Assembly (NCBI GenBank): GCA_030390025.1
Contig: CM059434.1
Span: forward strand, 131,564,001 to 131,628,000
Source of the DNA: Squalus acanthias
Lineage: Eukaryota
Length of the DNA: 64,000 nucleotides
Reading direction: 5' to 3'
Below, one piece after another: positions 22,851-36,065 of this stretch; position 1 is the stretch's first letter; each line of letters starts with the position of its first letter. Below the pieces are notes generated by a model. That model saw only the letters and a list, made by a program, of their open reading frames with translations. It searched no databases and was not told where the DNA came from. The translations under genes were made by a program, and so were the position numbers.

Positions 22851-24347
22851 ACTCCAGCCAAGCCGTTCCAGTACAGCTACAACACTGCCATCTATCTGAC
22901 AATGTGGAAAACTGCCCAGGTGTGTCCTGTCCACAAAAAGCAGGACAAATCCAATCTGGCCAATTATCGCCCCATCAGTCCACACTCAATCATCAGCAAA
23001 GTGATGGAAGGTGTCATCGACACTGCTATCAAGTGGCACTTACCAATAATCTGCTCACTAATGCCCAGTTTGGGTTCCGCCAAGACCATACGGCTCCTGA
23101 CATCATTACAGCCTTGGTCTAAACATGGACAAAGGAACTGAATTCCAGAGGTGAGAGTGACTGCCCTTGACATCAAGGAAGCATTTGACCAAGTGTGGCA
23201 TCAAGGAGCCCTAGTAAAACTGAAGTCAATGGGAATCGGAGGGGGGGGGGGGGGGGGGGCAGTTGGGGAAACTCTCCACTGGCTGGAGTCATACCTAGCA
23301 CAAAGGAAGATGGTTGTGGTGGTTGGAGGTCAATCATCACAGCCCCAGGATATCGCTGCAGGAGTTGCTCAAGGCAGTGTCCTCGGCCCAACCATCTTCA
23401 GCTGCTTCATCAATGACCTTCCCTCCAACTTAAGGTCAGAAATGGGGATGTTCGCTGATAACTGCACAGTGTTCTGTGCCATTCACAACTCCTCAGATAA
23501 TGAAGCAGTCCATACCCGCATGCAACAAGACCTGGACGACGTTCAGGCTGGGCTGATAAGTGGCAGGTAACATTCGCGCCACAGAAGTGCCAGGTAATGA
23601 CTATCTCCAACAAGCAAGAGTCTAACCACCGCCCCTTGACACTCAACGGCATTACCATCGCCAAATCCCCCACCATCAACATCCTGGGGGGGTCACCATT
23701 GACCAGAAACTTAACTGGACCAGCCACATAAATACTGTGGCAACAAGAGCAGGTCAGAGGCTAGGTATTCATCGGTGAGTGTCTCACCTCCTGACTCCCC
23801 AAAGCCTTTCCACCATCTACAAGGCACAAGTAAGGAGTGTGATGGAACACTCGCCACTTGCCTGGATGAGTGCAGCTCCAACAACACTCAAGAAGCTCGA
23901 CACCATCCAGGACAAAGCAGCCCACTTGATCGGCACCCCATCTACCACCTTAAACATCCACTCCCTCCACCACCGGCGTACCGTGGCTGCAGTGTGTACC
24001 ATCTACAAGATGCACTGCAGCAACTCGCCAAGGCTTCTTCGGCAGCACCTCCCAAAACCGCGACGTTTTCCACCTAGAAGGAGAAGGGCAGCAGGTGCAT
24101 GGGAACACCACCACCTGCAAGTCACACACCATCCTGACTTAGAAGTATATTGCCGTTCCTTCATCGTCGCTGGGTCAAAATCCTTGAACTCCCTGCCTAA
24201 CAGCGCTGTTGGGAGTACCTTAACCACATGGTGTACAACGGTTCAAGATGGCGGCTCACCACCACCGTCTCCGGGGCAATTAGGGGTGGGCAATAAATGC
24301 TGGCCTTGCCAGCGACGCCCACATCCCATGAACGAATCAAAAAAAAA
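22850..24347 (+). mobile_element. LINE RT and 3' end (CR1/L2/Jockey group; same family as 36066-37569)
   Basis: NYRPIS, ALDIKEAFDQVWH, GVAQGSVLGP, MFADN and [11 protein letters not shown] motifs; tail gggcaataaatgctggccttgccagcgacgcccacatccc followed by an A run. Confidence 0.88.
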
Positions 24348-24892
24348 CCTGTGCTTTAAGCACCCCCCCACCTCACTGTGTCTTGCTAAGTATTCTCCAT
24401 CACATCACTTCTCACACCCACTCAACTTTCAGCAGCATCCAGCCTAATTTTCTATGCACCTCATCACCTCCCGATTCATCCATCCACCGTTGACACACAC
24501 CCCAATCATTATGCAATGTGATGCAAGTGTCTCATAGTCACCCTCACTGATTGCACTACATCTATTGGGTGAATACCTCACCTTCACTCACTCACAGGTC
24601 TGCTTTTTTCGCCCCTTGTAGGTGAAGAGAGCGCAAAACGCAAGGGAGAGGGGCAAGACTGGAGGTGAGCCGCCACAAATATTCCAGCTCACAGATGCAG
24701 AGGAGGAGCCTTGGAGATAAGTGGCACATCTGCGTTCCCCTCTGTTGGAGATGGAGAAACAGGGAGGGACAGATAGCTGGTGACAGAATTACAAATATCT
24801 CTGGCACACATATATGCTGACTTCATTTCATCAATGACTGAACTATGAGAAGACTGAGTATGGTGATTGTTAAGTTTGTGACATATCTGTTA

Positions 24893-25190
24893 TTTTTTTA
24901 TTCGTTCATGGGATGTAGGCATTGCTGGCAAGGCCAGCATTTATTGCACATCCCTAATTGCTTCTGGAACCGCTGCAGTCCGTGTGGTGAAGGTACTCCC
25001 ATAGTGCTATTAGGGAGGGAGTTCCAGGATTTTGACCCAGTGATGATGAAGTAACGGCGATATATTTCCAAGTCAGGAGGGTGTGAGACTTGGAGGGGAA
25101 CTTGGAGGTGGTGGCGTTCCCATGCACCTGCTGCCCTTGTCCTTCTAGGTGGTAGAGGTCATGGGTTTAGGAGGTGCTGTCGAAGAAGCT
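24893..25190 (-). mobile_element. LINE 3' end (same family as 22850-24347)
   Basis: Reverse complement of the 24040-24347 and 54430-54750 tails. Confidence 0.85.
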
Positions 25191-25197
25191 ATCCCTT

Positions 25198-25875
25198 TGT
25201 AAGAATACACCGTTCATGGTAAACTTGACTGAAGCTAAAGTGACCAAATTTGATGTACTGCCAAGCTTTGAGGGCAAGAGACTTCTTGGCTAAACATTTG
25301 TAAAATAAATGATGCGCTTGCAAGCTGTTTTTTTCCTCCTGAAAGTTCTGTGAGAACAAGGAGTCAACCCTCAGATGCAAAAACAAGGACTTTTTCCAAC
25401 GTCTGACCTTGGTTAACCAAGCGTCAAAACAGATAGGAAAGAATGTGAGAGAGAGAAAACAACACTATTCACACAGTTCGGGACATGAATGCTGTGGGCG
25501 AGTTGCCAAGTATTGGGGTATGAAAGATGCTGTAAATTGACCACTCGCTGCTGCAGTCGGGGGCAACCTGGTCAGTTGTCAGTTAAAGTCATAGGTCTAG
25601 TCACTGCCGAGCTGACCTCTCACTGGTGTTGGTACGTACGTGATTGCTCATGATCACTTGAGCTTAAAAGTAAATGATTTAGATTCGTGCGTGCTTACTT
25701 GTAATAAGTAAATGATTTGAGTACGGGTTGTATTTTGTGTGTTTACTTGTAACCTCTTGTTGACTTTAAGTAAAGAATAGTTTACCCTGAAATCTTTGTC
25801 TCGAGTTGTCTGTTCCACGGGTCTGAACTCTACAAACTGTCAGACAGAAGTTCAAACCAATCTGCACGTCTTACA
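25198..25875. mobile_element. Solo LTR (678 bp)
   Basis: Starts TGTAAGA and ends TCTTACA (perfect 7-bp inverted termini, TG..CA); 4-bp TSD CCTT on both sides; no ORF. Confidence 0.8.
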
Positions 25876-26054
25876 CCTTTCTTTTGTCTTCCAGGGCCTT
25901 TACACGTACAGCAAGTGCAGCAGGATAGCCACGAGGAGGATTTCTCAGAGGACCTCATTCCTTCTGCGGGTGCAGCGTTACAGGACCTACAACCAGAGCA
26001 GATACTCGCACTTCGGTGGCTCCAGTTAGAGAGTTAGTTGGGTTTTCATCTGGT

Positions 26055-26500
26055 GGCAGTCTGCCATCTGAGCCAGAAGGTTGTGGGTTGAAGCGCTGCT
26101 CCACGGACTTGGGCGCATTATCTAGGCTGACATTTCAGGGCAGTACTGAAGAAAGGTGGTGTTGTCTTTCAGATGACGTTAAACTGAGGGCCCATCTGTC
26201 CACTGAGTTGAATCATAGAATCATGGATGAAAAAGATCCCATGGCACTATTTGAAGAAAAGCAGGGGAGTTCTCCCAGTGTCCTGGCCAACATTAATCCC
26301 ACCATTAACCTCACTAAAAACAGATTATCTGGCCATTTATCACAATCCTGTTTGTGAGACCTTGATGTGCGCAAATTGGCTGCTGCATTTCCTTCCATTA
26401 CAAGAATGACTACAATTCAGAAGTACATTCATTGGCAATGAATCGCTTTGGGACAGCCTGAGATTGTGAAAGACGCTATACACATGCAAGCTTTTTATTT
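26055..26500 (+). mobile_element. DeuSINE
   Basis: Partial tRNA-like head (gagccagaaggttgtgggttgaag), Deu-domain and gacgctatacacatgcaag tail. Confidence 0.8.
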
Positions 26501-28223
26501 CTTTAATCGGCAATTGAAGAAAATAGTTTTATTAAGTTCATGAAACAACTAAATATGTTTCGGGAGAAAAAGATTAAGGAATTGGTGAGAAGATAAAGTT
26601 GCAATCAACCATAAAGAGGGAAGCTTATTGGGCCAAATGGCCTTCCCCCTGTTCCTAACGTCTCCAATGTTTCTTTGCTTCTTCAACAGACATCACAAAC
26701 ACCTAGATATTTAAATAAGCAGAGGAAACATGGCTTCACAATTATCTCATGGAAATGTCCAGATTGTGCTAAACAGGCTTGTAGTGAAATCGGAAGCGCA
26801 TCAGGGAATATTTTTGTCACCTTGGTCTGCAACAGTTTACACATAACAGATACTATTACACAGGAAACCCTTTACCCTGAGGTTGGCATGGTCTTAATAA
26901 ATACGGCTCATATAGGCTATAGAAATGTATGTGTAAATGCAGGTGGCCACAGCAGCAGGAAGAGCACTCAACCACTTATCCAGCTACCGATCTGCAGTAC
27001 CATATGAACTGACCTCAAGTGGAAAGCTACCAGAACAAGGTGGTTTTAATAAGCTCATTATATCCTAAAAAATGCATCACACCATTTACCACAACCTAAT
27101 ATCCTCCATCAGCTTCATTTCTATGACTGATAAATCTTTCCCGTATATTTTATCAGCTCAGATGTGCTACTAAAAATGTGGAAGCCGATGAAACAATCAA
27201 CAATATATACCTAGTTTGATCATCTATGGTCCCGAAAATCCTTGGCGCGATGTTTGTATCGTTGTGTAAGTGAATGAGAAGGGGAACAAAACATAACAAG
27301 ATTAGGTTTGTACTAGCCTGGAACTTGGGAGAGAGGACTGCTGTTTCACATCTCCCTAATATCTTATTGACAAGGAAGTACAGGGTGGCCTTCTCAAAGG
27401 CCTTGTAACTAATGGACTTCCTACCATTTCAGGTCTCTTCCCTTTTACTATGTACCACTTTGTCTTGCAAGCAGACACATAGTTTTGATGGAATACTTAC
27501 AGTAACAGACATTGCCCAACCTGCAGCCCATCTTAGGTGTCAGAAAGTGACCATTCATCATGCAGCTAGGTTATGTTACAGTGATTTGCTGTGTGAAGTC
27601 CTTTTACGATGTCAAAGCTTTCAGCTGCTAAATTGCACCATGAATGTGTGCCCTGCTGGAATATCAGCATCCACGATAAGCGATGCAAGAACTGAAATGT
27701 TGTGTCAAGGCTTAGCATAGGCCAGTAGTAAATGTGTAACAGGTTGACAAGCCACACTAGAGCCACCTGATATATGGTACTGTTCTGTAGCCATACACTG
27801 ACAGTTTTAAGGCCATCTTCTTCCACAGTGTGAAGTGATGCATTTTGGAAGGAAGAATGAGGAGAGGCAATATAAACTAAATGGTACAATCTTACATGGG
27901 GGTGCAGGAACTGAGAGACCTGGGGGGCTAAATTGGAAAAGGTCCGAAAACAGGCGTAGGGATCGCAATGCGCCCGCGCCCTTTGAAAGTAGTGCAGGCA
28001 GCACGCAAAATTTGTGCTGCCCGCTAATGAACATGATTGCAGCGCTGAGCCCAGTGCTAAACGCGCTGCTGATTGGCTCAGAGCTCAACAGGGGGCCCAA
28101 TATGGTGTGGAGTCTGCTTTCTATTTAAAGGTTGCCTGCAGAGTGAAAGGCTGTCTGCACTTCTTATAGGAGAGGTGCTTTGTAAGAGAAGTACCTCATT
28201 GTGACTGCAGCTACAACTTAGCA

Positions 28224-29809
28224 ATGTCTCAACAGGGCAGAGAAAGGGCACCTCAGTTCTCTGATGCAGCACTGGAGGCCTTGGTGCAGTGGGTCTATAG
28301 GAGGAGACGGGTCCTCTACCCGCAGGGGGCAGGAGGCCTTGCAGACACACTGTACAAAGGCAGTGGGAGCAGATTGCTGAAGCGGTCAGTGCTACTAGTC
28401 TGTCCCCAGGACATGGATCCAGTGCCGGAAGAAGTTTAATGACCTCACATGAGTGGTCAAGGTGAGTGAATGCCATATCCCACCAACTACACCACTAGCC
28501 TCACACACTGCTCAATGCACCACACCCCCATCACTCACCTACCAACAATCTCCAGCAATCACGACTCATACCCCACAATCATATCTTCACCTCACCCTCA
28601 CACACCAATGCTGCAAGCCTCACACCCACATCTCACACCTTACACACAATGCCAGCTATTCAACCATGACAGGCACATCACCCAAACACATTGCACCACA
28701 CTCACTGACACACTTCCCTTTCTCTTGCAGGCCAAGGTGGCTCACAACCGGAGTGAGCAGGAGCAAACAGGCGGGGGGGCAAGCATAACTACAGAACCTG
28801 ACCCAGCTGGAGGAGACAGTGCGAGAGATAATTGGAGGGGCCGTCACTGAAGCTGTGGTGATCCTAAGAACCAGCCCAGCCTGTGCATGAAGAAGTAGAG
28901 GAGGAGCGTGATGGAGAAGAGACACCAACACTCGATCTGACACTCCCAGGCACCAGCCTGAACTTTAGAGGGTAATGCAGGTGCCAGCTCCCCGGAGGGC
29001 GAGGTCGCACACGAGTTCTGCTGCACAGGACTCCGATGAGGACTTCGATGGGGTGGCCTTCAGAAGAAGGGTGATGGGCATGCACACAGAAATGCTTGGC
29101 AGGCCTGCCAGAGAGTCTCTTGTCACTGTCAAGGAGCATGGGGGCGATCAGCTCCAACATTGCACAGTGCTTTGCACAGAACTTGGAGTCCATGATTCCC
29201 AGGATGGAAGAGATGGGCAACTCCATTAGAGCACTTGTGGACCCCACCATGATGCTGGGTGTGACGGGTGATGTCGCAGCTTCCATTGCAGCACACAAGC
29301 AGAAGTGACCCAATGTCTGAGTGCTGCACTGGAAGCTCATGCAGGCTCAGCTTGCTGCTACGCAAGATCAGACTGCCGCCATCGTGGCTGGGTTTACAAG
29401 TGTGGAAAAGGGCTTGCAGAGTCTCACAGCAGTCCAGCAATCTGTCCTGCAGCAGATGGCTAGGAATGCTGAGGTGCCACCCCGGAGGAGCAAGAACCTG
29501 CTGTCCTTTCTCAGGATGACAGCATTTGTACTTGCACACTGCCACTCTGCCAGTGCAATTGCAGTTGCCTGCAGCCAGCCAGCCCAGACTGCCGCTGCCC
29601 ATACCACAGTGGTGCAGTCTACAGCCGGGCCTTCTAGGCCTAGAGCTGGTTGCGGCTGTCCTGCAAGGCCATTTGCAGTGTTCCCCCCGGAATGTCAGCA
29701 GCCCTCCACCAGCCATGCTGCAGCTACTGGGGTAGCACTGCGTAGGAGCACTAGAATAGGCAAAGGAACACGAAAGACAGACACTAAGGGAACACACAAG
29801 GGTGATTAG
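28224..29809 (+). pseudogene. Harbinger Myb/SANT-like DNA-binding protein gene (degraded, intron-containing)
   Basis: MSQQGRERAPQFSDAALEALV..WEQIAEAVS..RTWIQCRKKFNDL; GT-AG intron at 28462-28730; frameshifts and stops present. Confidence 0.82.
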
Positions 29810-29856
29810 TTGACTTTGTAATGAATTATTGGAATTAATCATTTATAAATTGGGGG

Positions 29857-30210
29857 CACGACAAGGTAGATGCAGAGAGGATGTTTCCCCTTGTGGGGAA
29901 ATCTAGAACGCGGGGGCAGTTTTAGAATAAAGGGTCGCCCTTTTAGAACTGAGATGAGGAGGAATTTCTTCTCTTAGAGAGTCGTAAATCTGTGGAATTC
30001 TCTGCCCCAGAGAGCCGTGGAGGCTGGGTCATTAAATACATATAAAGGTGGAGATAGACAAATTTTTGCAAGATAAGGGAGTGATGGGTTATGGGGAGCG
30101 GGCGGGGAAGTGGCTTTAAGCCCAAGATCAGCCATGACCTTATTAAATGGCGGAGCAGGCTCGAGGGGCCAAGTGGCCTATTCCTGCTCCTATTTCTTAT
30201 GTTCTTATGT
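29857..30210 (+). mobile_element. CR1 3' fragment nested in the Harbinger element
   Basis: gtagatgcagagaggatgtttcccc.. ending in ttcttatgttcttatg. Confidence 0.88.
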
Positions 30211-30342
30211 AAATTATGTTTGGAATGTTTGTTTTGTGGTGGCTTTCATTTCAGCACTATGCCCAAGAGGATGCTGTGATGTCCTGTGACAGAGGGATGA
30301 TAAGGTGGAAAAGTGTTGAGCAAAAGGGATCTGGGGTTTCAT

Positions 30343-31165
30343 TCAGGGGAGCCGGAGTCTGATGATGCGTTTAAGGACAGCCTGTCCAGAATGGGGATTT
30401 GCCGGCTGCCTCCTCCCTTCCTCCTCCTGAGGTGGTCGCGGAACCCGTGGTGGCAAGGGCTGCACCCTCATGATGGCCAAGTTGTGGAGGATGCAGCAGA
30501 CCACCATGAAATGTGATACCCGCGCCGGGGAGTATTGGAGAGCTCCTCCCGAGTGGTCAAGGCAGTGGAGCTGTTGCTTGAGCACCCCAGTGGTCTGCTC
30601 AATGAGGTTCCTTGTGGCAGCATGGCTCTCATTATATGATTGCTAGCCACGAGTGGTGGGGTTGCGGAGGGAAGTCATCAGCCAGGTGTAGAGAAGATAG
30701 CCCTCCTCTCTTAACAGCCACCCTTGGGTTCGACGTAGTAGCTGGAAAATTGCTGGCACAGCGGACTGACGCAGGATGAAAGCATCATGACTGCTGCCAG
30801 GATACCGGGCATTCACCAGCATGATGTGCTGGACGTGGTCGCACACCAACTGCACATTAAGAGTGGTAGCCTTTGCGATTACAGTACATCTCACCATTGA
30901 TATGCGGTGTCCACAAAGTCACGTATGTGCAGTCATTGGCGCCTTGCACCATGGAGACGCCCGATATCCTGGCAAAGCCACGTGCACGTTCCTCCTGCTT
31001 CTCTCTGTTTAGAGAGAAGCAGATGAAGTCCCTTCTCCTGGAGTACTGAGCCTCTGTGACCTCCCGGATGCAGCGACGGATGGTGAACTGCGATATGTTA
31101 GCTATGTCGCCTATTCCAGCATGGAAGGATCCGCTGGCGAAAAAATTCAGGGCCACGGTCACCTT
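30343..31165 (-). pseudogene. Harbinger (HARBI1-like) DDE transposase, degraded
   Basis: VALNFFASGSF, QGANDCTYV, NRKGYHS/LNVQLVCD, YPGSSHDAFILRQS, GWLL, LQYSP and CCILHNLA motifs across frameshifted ORFs. Confidence 0.9.
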
Positions 31166-32399
31166 GCTGCCTCTGCTTTATCTCCCTGTCAGCACGAGGG
31201 GGACAGCAAGGAAAGCCCCCATGACTGGGAGCAAGTGGTGTAGTCGAAGGCCTTGCAGTTGCAGCCAATGCCTTCTCAGCATCCAGCAGCACTCCCTGTG
31301 CACTTTAACGACGTTATAAATGTCTTCCAGCAAGCCAGTATGGATATAAACTCTGCGAGAGCCAGTACAAGAGAAATAATCAACTTACTTGCAAGTTGGA
31401 TGTATTCCTTTAAATAGAGCTGGTGGCGGGGGGGGGGGAAGTCCCTCGTGCAGCTGAATACGTTCAGCTGTGCGTGTTTAGGAGAGGGCGTTGTTTGGAA
31501 CGGCGACGTCCAAAATGGCAGGTCGTGCGTCAAATCAGCTCTGCCATTTTGGACGTCACACTCTGCCTACTCTACATACTGCCGGCGTGCACACATCCCG
31601 CCCATGCTATCGCCCTCACCAAGATGGCAACCAGCACGGGGTGAGGCGGCCGCCAATTTTTTCTGAAAATGGCTTTAACTGTTGGCGCTAAGGTACCAAA
31701 TTTCGCAGCCCTGGGGTTTTACATACACATATCTTTGAAGGTGGCAGGACAAGTTGATCAAGCTGTTAAAAAAGCATATGGGATAGATAGAGGCACAGAG
31801 TAAAAAAGCAAGGAAGTGATAGTAAACCTTTATAAATCACTGGTTAGACCTCAGCTAGAGTATTGTGTACAATTCTGGGCACCACACTTTAGAAAGGATG
31901 TCAAGGTTGGAAAGAGTACAGAGCAGATTTACCAGAATGGTACCAGGGATGAGAAAATTCAGTTATGTGGAGAGACTAGAGAAGCTGGGATTGTTCTCTT
32001 TAGAGCAAGGAAGGTTAAAGGGAGATTTGATAGAGGTGTTCAAAATTATGAGGGGTTTTGATAGAGTAGATAGGGAGAAACTGTTTCCAGTGGCAGGAGG
32101 GTTGGTAACCAGAGGACACAGATTTAAGATAATTGGGAAAAAAGCCAAGGGAGAGATGAGGAGAATTTTTTTTAATCAGCGAGTTATGTTGATCTGGAAT
32201 GTATTGCCTGAAAGGGTGGTGGAAGCAGATTCAACAGTAATTTTCAAAAGGGAAGTGGATATATACTTAAAAAAGGAAAAATTTGCAGGGTTACGGGGAA
32301 AGCAGGGGAGTGGGACTAATTGGATAGTTCTTTCAAAGAGCTAGCACAGGCACAATGGGCAGAATGTCCTCCTTATGTGCTGTGCGATTCTATGATTCA

Positions 32400-32680
32400 T
32401 AACCTCAGGACGTCCCAAAGTGCTTTACAGCCGATGAAGTACTTCTGAAGTTTAGTCACTGTTGTAATGTAGGAAACACATCAGCCAATTTGTGCACTGC
32501 AAGGTCCCACAAACAGCAATGAGACAATGACCAGATAATGCTTTTAGGTGTTGGTTGAGGGATAAATATTGGCCAGGACATCGGGAGAACCTGCTCTTCT
32601 TTGAAATATTGCCATGGGATCTTTTGCGTTCAGCTGGCAGGGTGATGGGACCTCGGTTTAACGTTTCATCCAAATGATGG
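32400..32680 (-). mobile_element. DeuSINE
   Basis: Reverse-complement Deu-domain and tail. Confidence 0.82.
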
Positions 32681-33248
32681 AAAGAGTGAACTCATTGCTG
32701 GGATAGAATTCCATGGTTGCCCATCACCCTCCAGTACTTTATCCAAGTGGACTTTATTCATGAGCCTTAACAGTGCGCTTTTATCTTGAGTATGCAACCC
32801 ATCAGGTTTACTGTCCCAGGCTACATGAAATAAAAAGTTATTAATATATTTGTATGGAAGGAAATATATTATTTTGCAAGTTTCTGATATTTTCTCACTA
32901 TCCTTTTCTGCATCATGTGATTCTATCTCCCACCCAATCAGTGACAGTTCATTGGACCCCAATAAGCTGCCACCCCTGCTAAAATCACACTGACCAGGTT
33001 GCTTGGAAGAGTGAGAATAGTCGCAAAGTTCATTCTCCCTCTAAGTTCCCTGTTTTTCTTTTAGATACTTTGCTGAGTGTAATTGTTTTTGCTGCAGCTG
33101 AATTTTAAAATGGAACCCCAGTTAGTAAAAAAAAAGTTTGTAACTTTTTTTTTACAATAGAGCAAGCCATTTCATGATTCTGCCTCCTCCTCCACATAGA
33201 CAAATCTTATTCTTACTACCTTTTACATACTCTTCTCCTACTTTTTAA

Positions 33249-33611
33249 TTTCTCCCTTTACTATCTAGCATTTCCTAACTAAACATGGAACAGATAACCC
33301 AATCACAGGCCTTTACCAATGTGGCACTATCACCAGCTGTTGCAGGATAATGAGGAAGAAAGTTGTAGACTGCAGGAAGATATCAATGGACTGGTCAGGT
33401 GGGCAGAAAAGTGGCAAATGGAATTTAATCCGGAGAAGTGTGAGGTAATGCATTTGGGGAGGGCTAACAAGGCAAGGGAATACACAATGAATGGTAGTGT
33501 ACTGAGAAGTGTAGAGGGACCTTGGAGTGCATGTCCACAGATCCCTGAAGGTAGCAGGACAGGTAGGTAAGGCATACGGGATACTTGCCTTTATTAGCCG
33601 AGGCATAGAAT
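33249..33611 (+). repeat. Left arm of a local inverted duplication (partner 38178-38541)
   Basis: About 95 bp of non-CR1 sequence plus a CR1 fragment, near-identical in reverse complement to 38178-38541. Confidence 0.9.
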
Positions 33612-34499
33612 CTGAAAAGAGTAAAGATAGTTTAAGGTTTTGAGCGTAAATTCTTCTTCAGAACCTGATATTTGTCTGAAGCATTAATCAGTCTTTTCTC
33701 TTAAATGCTGATGGGTATGTGCGTATTTCCAGTATTTTTTTTATTATAAATATATGAATGTATGGATATGAGAACGGAAAAGAAAAATTCAAAGGACCTA
33801 GATTCTATGTTTCTTTCTATGAAATAAGTTACACAGCTGCAGGATTACTTAAAAACAAAGAAATAAAAAGAGAAAAACAACTGTGACAAAAATAAAATGA
33901 TAAAACTTGGGATCTTCATGATTGGTGCGGCTTAGCAGGCGGTATATTCAGATGCAACAAAAAAGCTACTGCAGTAGGTAGTTAAATAACATTAAATTCA
34001 AGGCTCTTAATAAGAGTAAAGGGTGCAGTAGATTACAATTTAAGAAAAATGTAACGCTTACCCATGTAACACCAATTACAGGTACCTAATTGTAGTAATG
34101 GTAAGAAAGGTCAGAAACTGAACTTCAATGCAGTCAGGCCCAGTATTTCCACGGTTTTATTTTTATTTATAGTAATGATAAGTCCATCTTTAAAATTGAT
34201 AACTGAATTGTTTCTAGATTGAATTACAATAGTATCTCTCAATTTCAGTTGCAATTCTTATTGAACAGAGATGATCAAACTGGCAGCATTAAAGTTCTAC
34301 TTACAATCTCCCTCAACCACATGGGGTGCATGATGTGACCAACTGAAGACCTTACTTTTTTTGAATAATAGGAGAAGATTCCCTCTAAATATCCAAGTAT
34401 ATACAGTAATATCAACTCCATTTCCCCTATTTTGACATTTAATTGCCGAGCCTTTTTGCCATCTTTGACTGACTAACTTATCTTCCACTTTAGGAATAA

Positions 34500-35245
34500 T
34501 CTGGCTCCCCTCAGTGGCCATGCAGAGTACTGAGCCGCACCACAGGGGACGGTAGCATAGTGGTAATGTCACTGGGCAAGTAATCCAGAGGCCTGGACTA
34601 ATGATCCAGAGACGTGAGTTCAAATCCCACCATGGCAGCTGGGGAATTTAAATTCAATTAAATAAAAAAAGCTAATATCAGTAATGTTAACCACGAAATT
34701 ATTGGATTGTTGTAAAAACCCTTCTGGTTCACTAATGTCCTTTAGGGAAGGAAATCTGCCGTCCTTACCTGGTCTGGCCAATATGTGACTCCAGACCCAC
34801 AGCAATGTGGTTGACTCTTAACTGCCCTCTGCAGCGGTTCAAGAAGGCGGCTCACCAGCACCTTCTCGAGGGCAATTAGTGATGGGCAATAAATGGTGGC
34901 CTTGCCAGCGACGCCCACATCCCATAAACGAATAAAAAAGTCATGAAGATCGCAAGTTCTATTTTTCATTTGTGCTGAGTTTTCTGATTTCAATCAAGGT
35001 TACAGGGTGGACATTACAATTGGACTTCGTATCTCCCAAGCTAGAGAGGGGGGAAAAATCAACCAGGGTTCATGCTCATAATCATTGATATTGAAACCAA
35101 TAGACTGCATAAAAACAGGATCACACATGGTTTTGCTGACCTCCATAATTGAACAGCTGAAGATTATCTGGACTCACACATAAAGGGTGGCTACTTTGGT
35201 GAGGTACTGGAGAGTGGTTGTATCCATGAAGCTGTACCCAAACAT
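34500..35245 (+). mobile_element. AmnSINE2-like SINE remnant interrupted by a younger SINE
   Basis: Head gtactgagcc lies before 34545; the body resumes after 34940 (tgtgctgagt..ggggaaaaatcaaccagggttc..gaggtactggag..tgtaccc). Confidence 0.55.
34545..34939 (+). mobile_element. tRNA-derived SINE with LINE-derived 3' tail
   Basis: A box TAGCATAGTGG at 34553-34563, B box GTTCAAATCC at 34618-34627; the tail matches the LINE ends at 24240-24347 and 54640-54750. Confidence 0.88.
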
Positions 35246-35265
35246 AAGTCATCACCCAATGTGTG

Positions 35266-35620
35266 TCAGCTGTGGCTCAGTGGGTAGCACACTCGCCTCT
35301 GAGTCAGAAGGTTGTGGGTTCAAGTCCCGCTCCAGGGAGATGCCGTATTTCAGACGAGACGTTAAACCGAGGCCCCGTCTGCTCTCTCAGGTAGACGTAA
35401 AAGATCCCATGGCACTATTTCGAAGAAGAGCAGGGGAGTTATCCCCAGTGTCCTGGCCAATATTTATCCCTCAATCAACATCAAACAAATTGTCTGGTCA
35501 TTATCACATTGCTGTCGCGTTTCCCACATTACAACAGTGACTACACTCCAAAAAAGTACTTCATTGGCTGTAAAGCACTTTAAGACGTCCGGTGGTCCGG
35601 TGGAAATGCAAGTCTTTCTT
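35266..35620 (+). mobile_element. DeuSINE with intact tRNA-like head
   Basis: A box tggctcagtgg, B box gttcaagtcc, Deu-domain and aatgcaagtctttcttt tail. Confidence 0.88.
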
Positions 35621-36065
35621 TCAAGGACAAGATGTGAGAAAATTGGAACAACAAAAAACTTGAAACCAAAATTTCTGTCTGCTAATTCTAGCAAGAAAAG
35701 TAGTTGAGCATAAAAAGTGACATTCAGGCCTTTTGAAACTGCTAACGACACACATCAGTAATATCTTGAGAAACTCATTTTTTACAGCTTTAACACATGC
35801 CACATTGCCATAATAATCTGTCCTGTTTAATCAACGTCCTTCAGAATGGTTACCCACAGTGGAAGACACGTATAGGAAGAGTAATTTTGCACCATACCAA
35901 GGTTTGACATCATAATATGTTTTAATTACTGAAAAATGCTTCCTCTGTATTAAACCTCTTATTATACTGGTTTAAACTATCCTTATGGCTTTTCGCTGCC
36001 CGAAAGAATACAATAGGGTCAGTAATCTAGGAATCTTGAGGCAATGCTACCATTGGTAGTTACGC

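Larger units (their letters stand above)
24350..26055 (+). mobile_element. Fragmented Harbinger Myb/SANT gene region (24350-24860 and 25876-26055) split by LINE and LTR insertions
   Basis: A CA-rich intron-like tract then cccttgtag|gtgaagagagcgcaaaacgcaagggag, resembling exon 2 at 28731. Confidence 0.45.
27924..31711. mobile_element. Two-gene PIF/Harbinger DNA transposon (decayed autonomous type)
   Basis: Imperfect TIRs GGGCTAAATTGG / CCAAATTTCGCAGCCC, probable TGG TSD, and convergent Myb/SANT (+) and transposase (-) genes. Confidence 0.88.
27830..32400 (+). mobile_element. CR1 3' fragment (27830-27923 plus 31712-32400) split by a Harbinger insertion
   Basis: MHFGRKN..QYKLNG..RDLG on the left continues at 31712; ORFs 31816-32344 encode the CR1 RT C-terminus. 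Confidence 0.82.

Noticed and set aside
30343-31165. Domesticated HARBI1 host gene
   Set aside because: It has frameshifts, stops and altered catalytic motifs, and lies between TIRs with a partner Myb gene.
34061-34085. Possible 24-nt micro-exon on the minus strand
   Set aside because: There is no neighbouring gene context or homology to support it.
34545-35330. tRNA genes at 34545 and 35266
   Set aside because: A and B boxes are present, but each continues into a SINE body and tail and no complete cloverleaf is evident.
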